Shown here: positions 37,937-46,501 of the stretch, in pieces
How positions within the stretch are numbered: the first letter of the stretch is position 1
How the letters are laid out: the number at the start of each line of letters is the position of its first letter
From: Lishizhenia sp.
Lineage (GTDB): Bacteria > Bacteroidota > Bacteroidia > Flavobacteriales_D > Crocinitomicaceae
DNA: 47,447 bases
Direction of reading: 5' to 3'
NCBI GenBank assembly: GCA_007117055.1
Contig: SKHH01000038.1
Location: forward strand, 1-47,447
Notes under the pieces: generated by a model
What the model was told of the DNA's origin: nothing
Databases searched by the model: none
Seen by the model: only the letters and a program-made list of their open reading frames with translations
Position numbers and translations under genes: made by a program

Positions 37937-38143
37937 TTATTTGTTGTAAGGTTGATTCTTCCAAATCCATTCAATTTCATTGCCTGTTAAACTATTGTAA
38001 CGTCGATTTTCTATTTGAATCTTGGCTTGTTTTACAAGTTCAGATTTTTCTTGGATAGACTTTCTTTCCCACCAATTTAATGCTAATTCTCTGTCTGTAA
38101 ATCCCATATAAATTGTTTTTAAAAAGACTTCAATAATACTCAC
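37937..38143 (-). CDS. hypothetical protein
   Basis: Lies between repeats; start uncertain. Confidence 0.55.
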   Translation of the reverse strand: MSIIEVFLKTIYMGFTDRELALNWWERKSIQEKSELVKQAKIQIENRRYNSLTGNEIEWIWKNQPYNK

Positions 38144-38150
38144 AATGAGT

Positions 38151-38471
38151 TCAAAATTTCTGTTTGGTGGATTTAAAAAATTGAACGGTAATTTCAGTCC
38201 ATTTTTTTACCGCATCATGCTCTTCCGCATCAACATATTCACCGCTATCTCCTGTTATTCGAATCTTCGATTTTTCTTCGTCAGTCAAAGAGTTAACAAA
38301 TGAATTTATAGCATCTTCCACAGAAACATCAGAAGAAAATCTTTTGGGCATTCCCGTAATAGGGCAAAAACCTTTTGCAGAAGCTTCCTTTGCTTGACTA
38401 GCGACAATTTCTTCATCACTAACATAGTCAATATAAAAGTGCTTTTCAAACTTCTGAATAATACTTTCCAT
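38151..38471 (-). CDS. hypothetical protein
   Basis: Bounded by repeats. Confidence 0.75.
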   Translation of the reverse strand: MESIIQKFEKHFYIDYVSDEEIVASQAKEASAKGFCPITGMPKRFSSDVSVEDAINSFVNSLTDEEKSKIRITGDSGEYVDAEEHDAVKKWTEITVQFFKSTKQKF

Positions 38472-38518
38472 TTCCTTCGGTTTTGACTAATGAGTTCCAA
38501 ATTTCTGTTTAGTGGATT

Positions 38519-38617
38519 TTAGGGCCAACCCATTTTCCAACCTTTTGGAACTTTATTGTCATCGCAATGAATGCGTTCAATAAAACCTGTTCGTGGACAT
38601 TTTCTGTGAATCTTCAT
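38519..38617 (-). CDS. small hypothetical protein (32 aa)
   Basis: +6 ATG; stop at the next repeat. Confidence 0.55.
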   Translation of the reverse strand: MKIHRKCPRTGFIERIHCDDNKVPKGWKMGWP

Positions 38618-38733
38618 AACATCAATGAGTATCCGTGTAAAGTTTGGTGAATTTAAGAAATAAAAACCTAAACCCCGAAGCAGTAATAGCATCGGGGTTT
38701 GGTTAGAACAAAAAAACAAAAAAACAGCAGGGG

Positions 38734-38994
38734 TCAATCAAAAATACTATCTTCTTCTGTGAACGTCTTACCATTTTCCAGTCGCATGGTGAATACGTCA
38801 AAACAATCTTCACCCGTTTCCTCTAAATACGCTTCATAAGCCTGTAAAGGACTGTTGGGGTCAATGTTTTCCAAGGGTTCAACAATCTCAAAACTTCCTT
38901 CCTCCTGTGAGTTAATGGTAGCCTCTGGGTATTGTTCCTTTAGCTCCTCCAAAGTTCTTGAAGTTTGAACCGAAAATGTAAGTGTTCCTTTCAT
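38734..38994 (-). CDS. hypothetical protein
   Basis: +6 ATG. Confidence 0.75.
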   Translation of the reverse strand: MKGTLTFSVQTSRTLEELKEQYPEATINSQEEGSFEIVEPLENIDPNSPLQAYEAYLEETGEDCFDVFTMRLENGKTFTEEDSIFD

Positions 38995-39030
38995 GCCTTC
39001 AATGAGTTCTGGGTGTTGGTTTGGTGGGTT

Positions 39031-39471
39031 TTAACTCAAATAATTAAAAACCATTTCTGCAGTTATATTGACGCATTCAACAGATTCTGACCAATCGTTT
39101 TCAATTCGTGAAAATTTTATCACATGAAATATGTTGTCATCTTCTTTCCCAATGTAAATAGCTTCTTGATTGTCGCTATTCAGTTGTATCAACATTTCTT
39201 CCAAACCGCTTGTAATAGCATGGAATTTTTCAGAAGATTTAAACTCCTTAAACTCTTCTTCCAAAGAATTTGAAACACCTTTTGGCAAGTTTGAAAAGTG
39301 TGTTACCTCTGGGATGGTGGTCGTAAAATTGTCAGATAAGACAAAGTTCCCATTCATAAAAGCTGATTCTGTTACGCCAAACTTATATTTGACCAGATAC
39401 TTGCGATTCTCTTGTGGTGAATTAGATTCAACTGAGTTCCAAATCAATGTTTCTTTAAAATCTCTTTCCAT
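39031..39471 (-). CDS. hypothetical protein
   Basis: Bounded by repeats. Confidence 0.8.
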   Translation of the reverse strand: MERDFKETLIWNSVESNSPQENRKYLVKYKFGVTESAFMNGNFVLSDNFTTTIPEVTHFSNLPKGVSNSLEEEFKEFKSSEKFHAITSGLEEMLIQLNSDNQEAIYIGKEDDNIFHVIKFSRIENDWSESVECVNITAEMVFNYLS

Positions 39472-39933
39472 ATCTACAATGAGTTCAAAAATCCCATTTG
39501 GTGGGTATAAAGATAAAAAAACCCCTGAAAAAAGGGGTTTTAATCTAATAGTTTTTTTTGTTAATATATCATCAGTTCAACAGGGAGAGCGACAAAGGGC
39601 AAGTTTATTTCCCAACAAACTGGGGGGTGAATAATTAGTGATTTTTTTTCTACCAACAATAAGTTTGGCATCCATGTCGCTACGCACCATCATCGCAATT
39701 TCTGAAAGCGAATCATCTAATCGGTGGTGCATTATGTATATGATACCTATCATTGTTTCTGTTAATCATGTACAATGAGTGCTCAATTTGTTTTTAGGGA
39801 ATTTAAGAGGCAAAAAAAACAAAGCCCAACCTATCAAGGTCGGGCGATGCTAAAACATGAAAACAAATAAACAGACAAGGAAAAAAGGTTAGTTCGTGCC
39901 TATAATGAGTTCAAGAATCCCATTTGGTGGGTT

Positions 39934-40263
39934 TTATTTTCGACGTTTACGAGGATTGTTCAACTCTTGATATGAAGCCAAAAACTTCTTTGGGTTTTGG
40001 CGCTGTACAACACGCAATGTGTAACCAATGTTTTCAAGTTCTTTTTTGAGGTCGGCATATTCATCTTCTGTTGCTATTACAGAGCTTCTTATACAACCTT
40101 TGTAATCCGCACTTGAGTGTTGCCCTACGTGCTGATAGCAAGTTACATTCCCTGAAAAATCAGCAGCCTCGTGAGGGAAAAGTGCAAAAATTTCACCTTC
40201 AAATTCTTTTGTGGTTTCTTTACGAAATACCACATCAGTTATTTGTTCTTTTTTCTGTTTCAT
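39934..40263 (-). CDS. hypothetical phage protein
   Basis: Bounded by repeats; IFALFP...CYQHVGQH motif. Confidence 0.8.
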   Translation of the reverse strand: MKQKKEQITDVVFRKETTKEFEGEIFALFPHEAADFSGNVTCYQHVGQHSSADYKGCIRSSVIATEDEYADLKKELENIGYTLRVVQRQNPKKFLASYQELNNPRKRRK

Positions 40264-40331
40264 ACTTTTAATGAGTTAAAAAAAACGGAGTGGTGGATTT
40301 AAACCACCCCGTTTTCTTAGAACAAACAAAC

Positions 40332-40748
40332 TTAATTCAATTCAGGTTTTGGGTTAAACTTCATTGGCGCATCTTTACCTATTAAGGCGTTATCAATCAC
40401 TTCAAACATTTCATCAAAATAGATATTCTCGTATTTGTGAGTGAGTTCCGCATATGCAGGTGTTAAAGCCTCTTTTCTTGTGGTCTTCTTTCTGAAAATA
40501 AGAATGTCATACGTATCCATTCCATTTAGAGAAATATATACCCATGCTTTGCGTCCAACGGCTGTATTGTTTACAAGCAAACGCAAGGTTCCAAGTGCAG
40601 GGTGAGAATAAATATCACCATTCGGACTGCAAATTGCTTCTACATCTTTTTGACCGAATCTACTTTCAATGCCCCAGGCCATAATGCCCCACTTGTTCAT
40701 TAAAAGCTGTTGCCAAATTGTTTGAGCAATTTCCATGTAACGTGTCAT
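40332..40748 (-). CDS. hypothetical protein
   Basis: Follows a repeat. Confidence 0.8.
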   Translation of the reverse strand: MTRYMEIAQTIWQQLLMNKWGIMAWGIESRFGQKDVEAICSPNGDIYSHPALGTLRLLVNNTAVGRKAWVYISLNGMDTYDILIFRKKTTRKEALTPAYAELTHKYENIYFDEMFEVIDNALIGKDAPMKFNPKPELN

Positions 40749-40809
40749 ACTGTTTTTGTTTTGTTCTGCTTACAATGAGTTACAAGGAAAAGTTTGGTGG
40801 GTTTAAGAT

Positions 40810-41193
40810 TTACATTTGACCTAATCCAGAACTAGAAAATGGGTGGTCATCATCATATGGGTCAACATCGTAAATGGCTTCACCAAATTCATCATAAGCA
40901 ACTCCATGAATAATCTCATAGCCCTCAGAGGTGAGCCTTGGTCTTACAGAGCCTCTTTCTTCCATTTGACGTGCTTTGTAAGAAGCATTTGCGGGTGAAA
41001 TGCGTGTTGTGTTGTTGCGTTTTTTTGGGTCTACCGTGTTCCAGTATTTATCTTTACATACGGTTTTGGGTTGGCTTTTACAAAAAGCTTGTTGGTAATG
41101 CGTTTTAATGAATTGCGTACCACATGAAGGGCAAATGCAAGTTTCACCTACATTGCTTTTTTTGTTTAACTGGTATCTGGCTTTCATTTTCAT
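40810..41193 (-). CDS. putative zinc-binding protein
   Basis: CPSCG...FC...C motif. Confidence 0.7.
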   Translation of the reverse strand: MKMKARYQLNKKSNVGETCICPSCGTQFIKTHYQQAFCKSQPKTVCKDKYWNTVDPKKRNNTTRISPANASYKARQMEERGSVRPRLTSEGYEIIHGVAYDEFGEAIYDVDPYDDDHPFSSSGLGQM

Positions 41194-41206
41194 GCCTACA
41201 ATGAGT

Positions 41207-41515
41207 TTAAGGTTTGAGTTCGGTGGAATTAAAAATTACAATTCCCAAAATTTTTTCCAACTTCAAACCTAAAGAAAAAGAGAAATCAAATTTTCCTTTC
41301 CTCAAACTCTTTACATCTTCAACAGAAATATCTAGTTGTTCAGCAAGTTCCTCAATGCTTAGTCCTTTTTCTTCCATAGCTATGATAATATCAATAGCAA
41401 TGACACCTAAAAGACGAAACATCTGGCGGTTTTTTTTGCGCTTTCTCATATTCTGAGCCGTCTTGCTGTCATGAGAAACAAGTGCATCAAATTTTTTCCT
41501 AGTTTTCTTGTCCAT
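41207..41515 (-). CDS. XRE-family HTH transcriptional regulator
   Basis: MEEKGLSIEELAEQLDISVEDVKSLRKGKFDFS...KLEKILG. Confidence 0.8.
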   Translation of the reverse strand: MDKKTRKKFDALVSHDSKTAQNMRKRKKNRQMFRLLGVIAIDIIIAMEEKGLSIEELAEQLDISVEDVKSLRKGKFDFSFSLGLKLEKILGIVIFNSTELKP

Positions 41516-41559
41516 ATCTGCTGAAGGCCTCTTTTTTTGTTCGTTACACTATCAATGAG

Positions 41560-41709
41560 TTGTAAAACATTAAAACGATTTTACAACAATGTATAAGAGT
41601 AATGTAGCTTCACTTGGTTTTACCCATCTTTTGCAGGTTATTAAGGTTGTTTACCATCCGAAAGGGTTATCTCCTCTTTTTACCGCTACACTACTCTTAT
41701 ACTTTGCCG
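41560..41709 (+). mobile_element. Gene-less attC cassette inserted at G|TT within a repeat copy
   Basis: Removing it recreates a 43-bp sequence identical to 41984..42026. It carries GTTGTAAAA/TTTTACAAC boxes and an 18-bp inverted repeat at 41591-41608/41685-41702. Confidence 0.85.
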
Positions 41710-41732
41710 TTGCTGGTTTGAGTTTGGTGGCT

Positions 41733-41969
41733 TTAGGAAAGGGTTTTATCCCACACTTCTTTTGTTTTTTCTAACACCAAAGGTGATGCTCCAAAGTCTT
41801 GCAATGTCTTAATCCAGAACTTTACAGCACGTTTCTTATTAAGCGCACCACCGCCTGTAAATTTGTCCATTGAAATAAATGGCTTGAGAATGATTTCCTC
41901 TTGTTGATTGGTAACGTTTTGAGGAATACCCAAGTCCTTAAGATTAGGTGCTTTTGAATTGAAGTCCAT
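41733..41969 (-). CDS. hypothetical protein
   Basis: Bounded by repeats. Confidence 0.75.
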   Translation of the reverse strand: MDFNSKAPNLKDLGIPQNVTNQQEEIILKPFISMDKFTGGGALNKKRAVKFWIKTLQDFGASPLVLEKTKEVWDKTLS

Positions 41970-42023
41970 TTCTGTATTTGTTTGTTACACTATCAATGAG
42001 TTGCTGGTTTGAGTTTGGTGGCT

Positions 42024-42251
42024 TTAATAAGCCATGTAACAATAATGAGTTATGCCTTTCTCCGTTTTGTGGTAGTGGCATTTTCCAAGCATTCCATCTG
42101 GAATAAAGTCTTGCATTCTGCTTCTAGCCTTGTCGTCAGCCTCTTGTTGGCTATCAGCTTGAACAATAATATTTAAACGAGCAACAGGTTGACCATCCAA
42201 ATCAAAACTCTTTTTGCTCATGTAGTGACGTACTGTTTCTTTCAATGCCAT
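42024..42251 (-). CDS. hypothetical protein
   Basis: Bounded by repeats. Confidence 0.75.
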   Translation of the reverse strand: MALKETVRHYMSKKSFDLDGQPVARLNIIVQADSQQEADDKARSRMQDFIPDGMLGKCHYHKTEKGITHYCYMAY

Positions 42252-42457
42252 AGTTGTTTGTTTGCTTCATAGACAATGAGTGCCAAGGGAGAGGTTTGGT
42301 GAATTTAAGAATCATAAAAAATATGTACAATAAAATCCACCAAACCTGACAAATATACTCATTACTTGTGAGAAAATCTATCTTATAGGGAGAGATATAT
42401 TAACAAAAAAAAATGAAACGAACACTTAAGTCCGTTTCATTTGCTTTACATCTAATT

Positions 42458-43051
42458 TTATGGGTTATTCGGTGCGTTTCCTCCGTACATTTGCGGAATG
42501 TTGTCAGGGTGATTTTCAATCTGTTCAAGCAAAAACTTTGGATTAAAAACACCTTGTCCACAAACTCCACAACTTCTTTCTATTTTAAGTTTCCTGTGGC
42601 TTGGTCTTACACGTTTGCAACACTTACATTCAACTCGGTATTTTGTTTTATATGCCATTACTTTGGTGACATCCAAGTTGACAGATTTTCCACAACGCTC
42701 AGGTCTTGCACCTACTTTTACCGCCCATGCTTTCCATTGCCATGAATGGTCGGTTGTGCCTCGTTGCTCATAATCAAGTGCGTGAGCAATTTCGTGGCGT
42801 ATGGTATCCTCAGCCTCTTTTTGGTCAATTGTAGGTAACAAGTGCAAGCTAAGTTCAATAGTCTTGATATTTCGACTTTTATTAACTTTGCAAGTTCCAA
42901 AAGCAGTTCGCTTTTTGCCCCATACAAAACGCCACCCTTTCGAGGTCAAACCCCATTCGGCTAACAAATCATTAGCAAGTCGCTCTAAAAGATTTTTACG
43001 TTCTTTTGGAGTGATTAAAATGTGGCCATAGTTACCGATTGATTTATCCAT
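42458..43051 (-). CDS. SprT-like zinc metalloprotease
   Basis: FGTC, TIRHEIAHAL (HExxH), HSWQWK, and C-terminal CKCC...CGVC zinc ribbon. Confidence 0.88.
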   Translation of the reverse strand: MDKSIGNYGHILITPKERKNLLERLANDLLAEWGLTSKGWRFVWGKKRTAFGTCKVNKSRNIKTIELSLHLLPTIDQKEAEDTIRHEIAHALDYEQRGTTDHSWQWKAWAVKVGARPERCGKSVNLDVTKVMAYKTKYRVECKCCKRVRPSHRKLKIERSCGVCGQGVFNPKFLLEQIENHPDNIPQMYGGNAPNNP

Positions 43052-43117
43052 TGTATTGTTTGTTTGTTCTAATTACAATGAGTTCATAAACCCAGTTTAG
43101 TGGATTTTAAATTGAAC

Positions 43118-43423
43118 TTATAATTTTAGAACGTACTTAGCACAACCCCGTTGAATGCCTGCTTTGGTCAAAGATGAAACTCCAAGTGCCCTTGCATCAC
43201 TAAACCCAACACAAGGAATTGAAATGCCAAACGTACAAAAGTGGTTAGGGTTATCAGTATAATACACTTTGCATCCATACACCTCCAACTCTGAATAGTT
43301 GCAACCGTATTGGTATTTTGCAATAGCTTTTAAATGCTTTTTTAAGCCAGAAACACTACCAAAATGTTCTTTAATAGCTTTCTTTAAAGCTGATTTGCTG
43401 AATTTTTTCAACTGAGTACTCAT
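43118..43423 (-). CDS. hypothetical protein
   Basis: Bounded by repeats. Confidence 0.75.
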   Translation of the reverse strand: MSTQLKKFSKSALKKAIKEHFGSVSGLKKHLKAIAKYQYGCNYSELEVYGCKVYYTDNPNHFCTFGISIPCVGFSDARALGVSSLTKAGIQRGCAKYVLKL

Positions 43424-43479
43424 AATTCCTGAATGTTTGTTCTGAATACAATGAGTTCTAAAATTTGGTTCGGTGGATT

Positions 43480-43653
43480 TTAATCTTCCAAAAACCCTTG
43501 TTGCTCTAATTGTTGGTCAAGTTCTAAGTGCAATGCCTTAAAAGTATTTCCAGAATCAATGCTTAATTTTTCACGAGAAACTTCTGCAGCCAATAAAGCT
43601 TCTTTTAAGCTATTGACCTCTGCTTCTGTTAAAGAGATGGTGTAATTTTTCAT
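43480..43653 (-). CDS. hypothetical protein
   Basis: Start moved to after the leader. Confidence 0.7.
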   Translation of the reverse strand: MKNYTISLTEAEVNSLKEALLAAEVSREKLSIDSGNTFKALHLELDQQLEQQGFLED

Positions 43654-43707
43654 GCCACTATTTGTTTGTTCTGTCAACAATGAGTGTATGATTTTGATTT
43701 AGTGGAT

Positions 43708-43938
43708 TTACTTTCTCCTATTTATTCTCCTTTCTATTTTAGATACAACTACTTTGACTGTTATAAGACTGATTAAGTAACCTAAACACCCAGTGAATAA
43801 CAATACTCCAAAAAATAAAAAACGTTCACTACGACCAAGAAAAACATTAAATATGCCTATGCAACCAATAATAAAAACTACAATTGAAATAAACAAACAA
43901 ATTACCAGAAGATAAAAAGTGATTAGTTTATTTTTCAA
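43708..43938 (-). CDS. small membrane protein, 2 TM
   Basis: Hydrophobic; TTG start. Confidence 0.6.
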   Translation of the reverse strand: MKNKLITFYLLVICLFISIVVFIIGCIGIFNVFLGRSERFLFFGVLLFTGCLGYLISLITVKVVVSKIERRINRRK

Positions 43939-43945
43939 GGTTGTT

Positions 43946-44194
43946 TTAATTTAGGGAGTATTGGAAAATAGGCACAAAACGCTCCGAAATACGCCAACAC
44001 TTTACGTTCTCGTTTATCTCTATGCGTTCTTTACCTTTTTTGTAAACTTCTGCAATAAGTTCTCCAGGATATAATCCGCTTGGTTTAATGTTAGACAAAC
44101 GATAAAAGGCGTTTTTCTTCAAAAAGACATTCACAGGGAAACCAAAAGCCTCACCATCATTATTAACACATATTGCAATGAATTCTACTGACAT
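43946..44194 (-). CDS. hypothetical protein
   Basis: Start moved to after the repeat. Confidence 0.7.
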   Translation of the reverse strand: MSVEFIAICVNNDGEAFGFPVNVFLKKNAFYRLSNIKPSGLYPGELIAEVYKKGKERIEINENVKCWRISERFVPIFQYSLN

Positions 44195-44399
44195 ATTCTT
44201 TTCTTTATCTCTACAATGAGTTAAAGGGAGAGGTTTAGTGGATTTAAGAAAACATCTTTTTTGTAACACTTAAATCCACTAAACTGGACAAATGTACTCA
44301 TTCTCTTGGGGAAATTGTACCCCATAGGGAGAGAAAGGTTAACAAAAAAAAGAACGGGTTTTTAGCCCGTTCCTTAAACTTTCTCGCAAAGGGAGAGGA

Positions 44400-45092
44400 T
44401 TACCCCTCAATTGTTATTTCAATCCCTTTAACCCGTATCTTACGCAAATTTGACAACTTTACCGTGCGAAAGTGAAACTCTAATTTTTGAAATTCAGCGT
44501 GGTTGGCAAGTTGGTTAGCATTTGCACGAATTGCCTCGGCTAGGGAGAGGTTGCCTGACGCCTCTGCTTGTGCTGCTGCTTTTAATGCGTGGTTAAAAGC
44601 TGAATTTTGAACCGCTTTTTTGTTTCCTGCAAGCCCTGAAGGGGTAAAGAACTCTAAGGTTCGAGCCTCTTCTCGGCTAATTTCCTGACCTTTGTGGTAG
44701 TAGGTCGTCTGTGGTTTGCTATGGGTTTCCGCTACAAAGACAAGATAAGCGTTGTCTGCATTTTGCTCCGCTCCATCTTTGAAACAAATGGCTCGGTTTT
44801 TATCGTAGTCTGAATAGAAACGCCCAGTCATTTTGTTTGGCGTCCACTCAAATTCAATTCCACACTCCTTCAAAATTCGGTCAATCTTAGCTTTGTATTT
44901 GCTGTGCAAAGTAGCATTCAAGCTAACAAGTTTCTGTAATTTGTGACGCTTTCCGTCAAATTCGTCGTAAGTTTTGTCCTGACGTGAACCTGCCTCGTTG
45001 ACAAAGTAAGTCAAACCTGAAAACGTTGCGCCTTTGTTGTCATTCTGCATGAAATCCAAAAGCTGTTGCATTGTCATTTTTACCTGTTCCAT
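44400..45092 (-). CDS. hypothetical protein, paralog of 33666..34373
   Basis: Alignable over its full length with the paralog. Confidence 0.85.
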   Translation of the reverse strand: MEQVKMTMQQLLDFMQNDNKGATFSGLTYFVNEAGSRQDKTYDEFDGKRHKLQKLVSLNATLHSKYKAKIDRILKECGIEFEWTPNKMTGRFYSDYDKNRAICFKDGAEQNADNAYLVFVAETHSKPQTTYYHKGQEISREEARTLEFFTPSGLAGNKKAVQNSAFNHALKAAAQAEASGNLSLAEAIRANANQLANHAEFQKLEFHFRTVKLSNLRKIRVKGIEITIEG

Positions 45093-45500
45093 AATAATTG
45101 GGGTTAAAGGGTTGTTTGTTTGTTCTGAAATCAATGAGTTGCCTCTCGGTGTTCGGTGGGTTTTAACTTCAAATTATTTTTTTGAATCCTCACTCGAATT
45201 TTGGCTTTTCAGCTTTTCATTTTTCTTTTCCTGCTGAATAAAATCCAAAAATTGTAACTTGCTCATTTTTAAAACTGCCATGATAACTGGGTTTAAAAGA
45301 TTGTTTATTCTTAACTTAATGAGTTGCCTCTCGGTGTTCGGTGGGTTTTAACTTCAAATTATTTTCTGTATTTCCACTCTACTTGAACTTAATGAGTTGC
45401 CTCTCGGTGTTCGGTGGGTTTTAACGTTATAAATTCACTAAAACTCACTAAACTCTTTTTTGAAACTCATTGATTTCAGAACAAACAATAAAATACAACT

Positions 45501-45818
45501 ATGAACGCAAGTGATGTTTTAGTATTCGAGCCGCAAAATCGTTATCCAATAAAAGGAAACGAAATACAAATTGCAACTACAAATTACAAAGGGGTGCTGA
45601 TTACAGAGAGAACTTTCTTCCCTTGGAACCCGTTTAAAAACATTGTAGTAACCTATATTGTAGATTTAGTGTTGCCTATGGATACTGTTGTTGAAAATGG
45701 TGAAATGGATGATGCTTACTACACAGATGAAGGGTTTGGACTTCCCGTGTTTTCAGAAAAAGGTGGTTGTATTCTTGAAGAAGTCTTAAAGTTTATTGAC
45801 CAATACAAAGGTGGTTAA
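45501..45818 (+). CDS. hypothetical protein
   Basis: Bounded by plus-strand repeat copies. Confidence 0.8.
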   Translation: MNASDVLVFEPQNRYPIKGNEIQIATTNYKGVLITERTFFPWNPFKNIVVTYIVDLVLPMDTVVENGEMDDAYYTDEGFGLPVFSEKGGCILEEVLKFIDQYKGG

Positions 45819-45876
45819 TATCCACCAAACCCAAAATTAAAACTCATTGATTTCATAACACAATAACAATCATATC

Positions 45877-46128
45877 ATGTCAGACGTTAAAGTTTCTACC
45901 GCTATTCTTTCTCACTTGTCAGACGTCCAAACTCACTTGGAGTTGGCTCTTAATTCTCAAAACCTGATAACACAACACGTTGCCAGTGAAGAAGCAAGAC
46001 AAAGAATCAACTTTGTGAAGATGCTTATTTTGAAATACCCCGACACTTCAGTTAGCGTTTCTAACGACAAGTTAGATGAAATTCAACGAGAAGTTTTTGA
46101 GCGTTTTCCAAAAAAGGCGGTTTCTTAA
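45877..46128 (+). CDS. hypothetical protein
   Basis: Bounded by plus-strand repeat copies. Confidence 0.8.
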   Translation: MSDVKVSTAILSHLSDVQTHLELALNSQNLITQHVASEEARQRINFVKMLILKYPDTSVSVSNDKLDEIQREVFERFPKKAVS

Positions 46129-46186
46129 AACCACCAAATCAAACCTTAGCACTCATTAACAGTATAACCAATAAACATTACAAGTT

Positions 46187-46501
46187 ATGTACAAGTCAGA
46201 AAAAACTGCTAAACTGAAAGAATTGCTTGAAGGGTTAACTGATTACTCAAATAAACAACTGATTTTTGATGCCGATGATAAAAGCCATTTAGAAATTTTG
46301 TCAGAGGCGGGTGAGCTTGCGCGTGATTTATCACGAGGTATTTTTGTGCCTGACTTAAATGGAAAAAAAGCCATTGAGTTTGCAAAAGAACTATTGGAAA
46401 AAGGCGAAAAAATCCAAGCCGTTTATGTCATTAAAAGAGAGTTGGGGATGGGTTTAAGAGAAGCAAAAGAATTTGTGGATAACGGTTTTAAGGTTTCTTA
46501 A
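46187..46501 (+). CDS. protein with a ribosomal L7/L12 C-terminal-like domain
   Basis: KIQAVYVIKRELGMGLREAKEFVD. Confidence 0.7.
   Translation: MYKSEKTAKLKELLEGLTDYSNKQLIFDADDKSHLEILSEAGELARDLSRGIFVPDLNGKKAIEFAKELLEKGEKIQAVYVIKRELGMGLREAKEFVDNGFKVS

Noticed and set aside
14305..45134. Long N-terminal extensions such as LNPPNSPLILIE and KPLPETHW
   Set aside because: They are translations of the repeat or leader from TTG/GTG/alternative starts; starts were moved downstream.
1916..45237. Plus-strand ORFs in the ORF track left of 45.4 kb
   Set aside because: They are antisense to well-supported minus-strand genes or span repeats and terminators, and several contain the translated repeat (GRVWW, GEFGGF).
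46187..46501. Bona fide rplL gene
   Set aside because: It lacks the N-terminal dimerisation domain and Ala-rich hinge; only part of the CTD motif is present.
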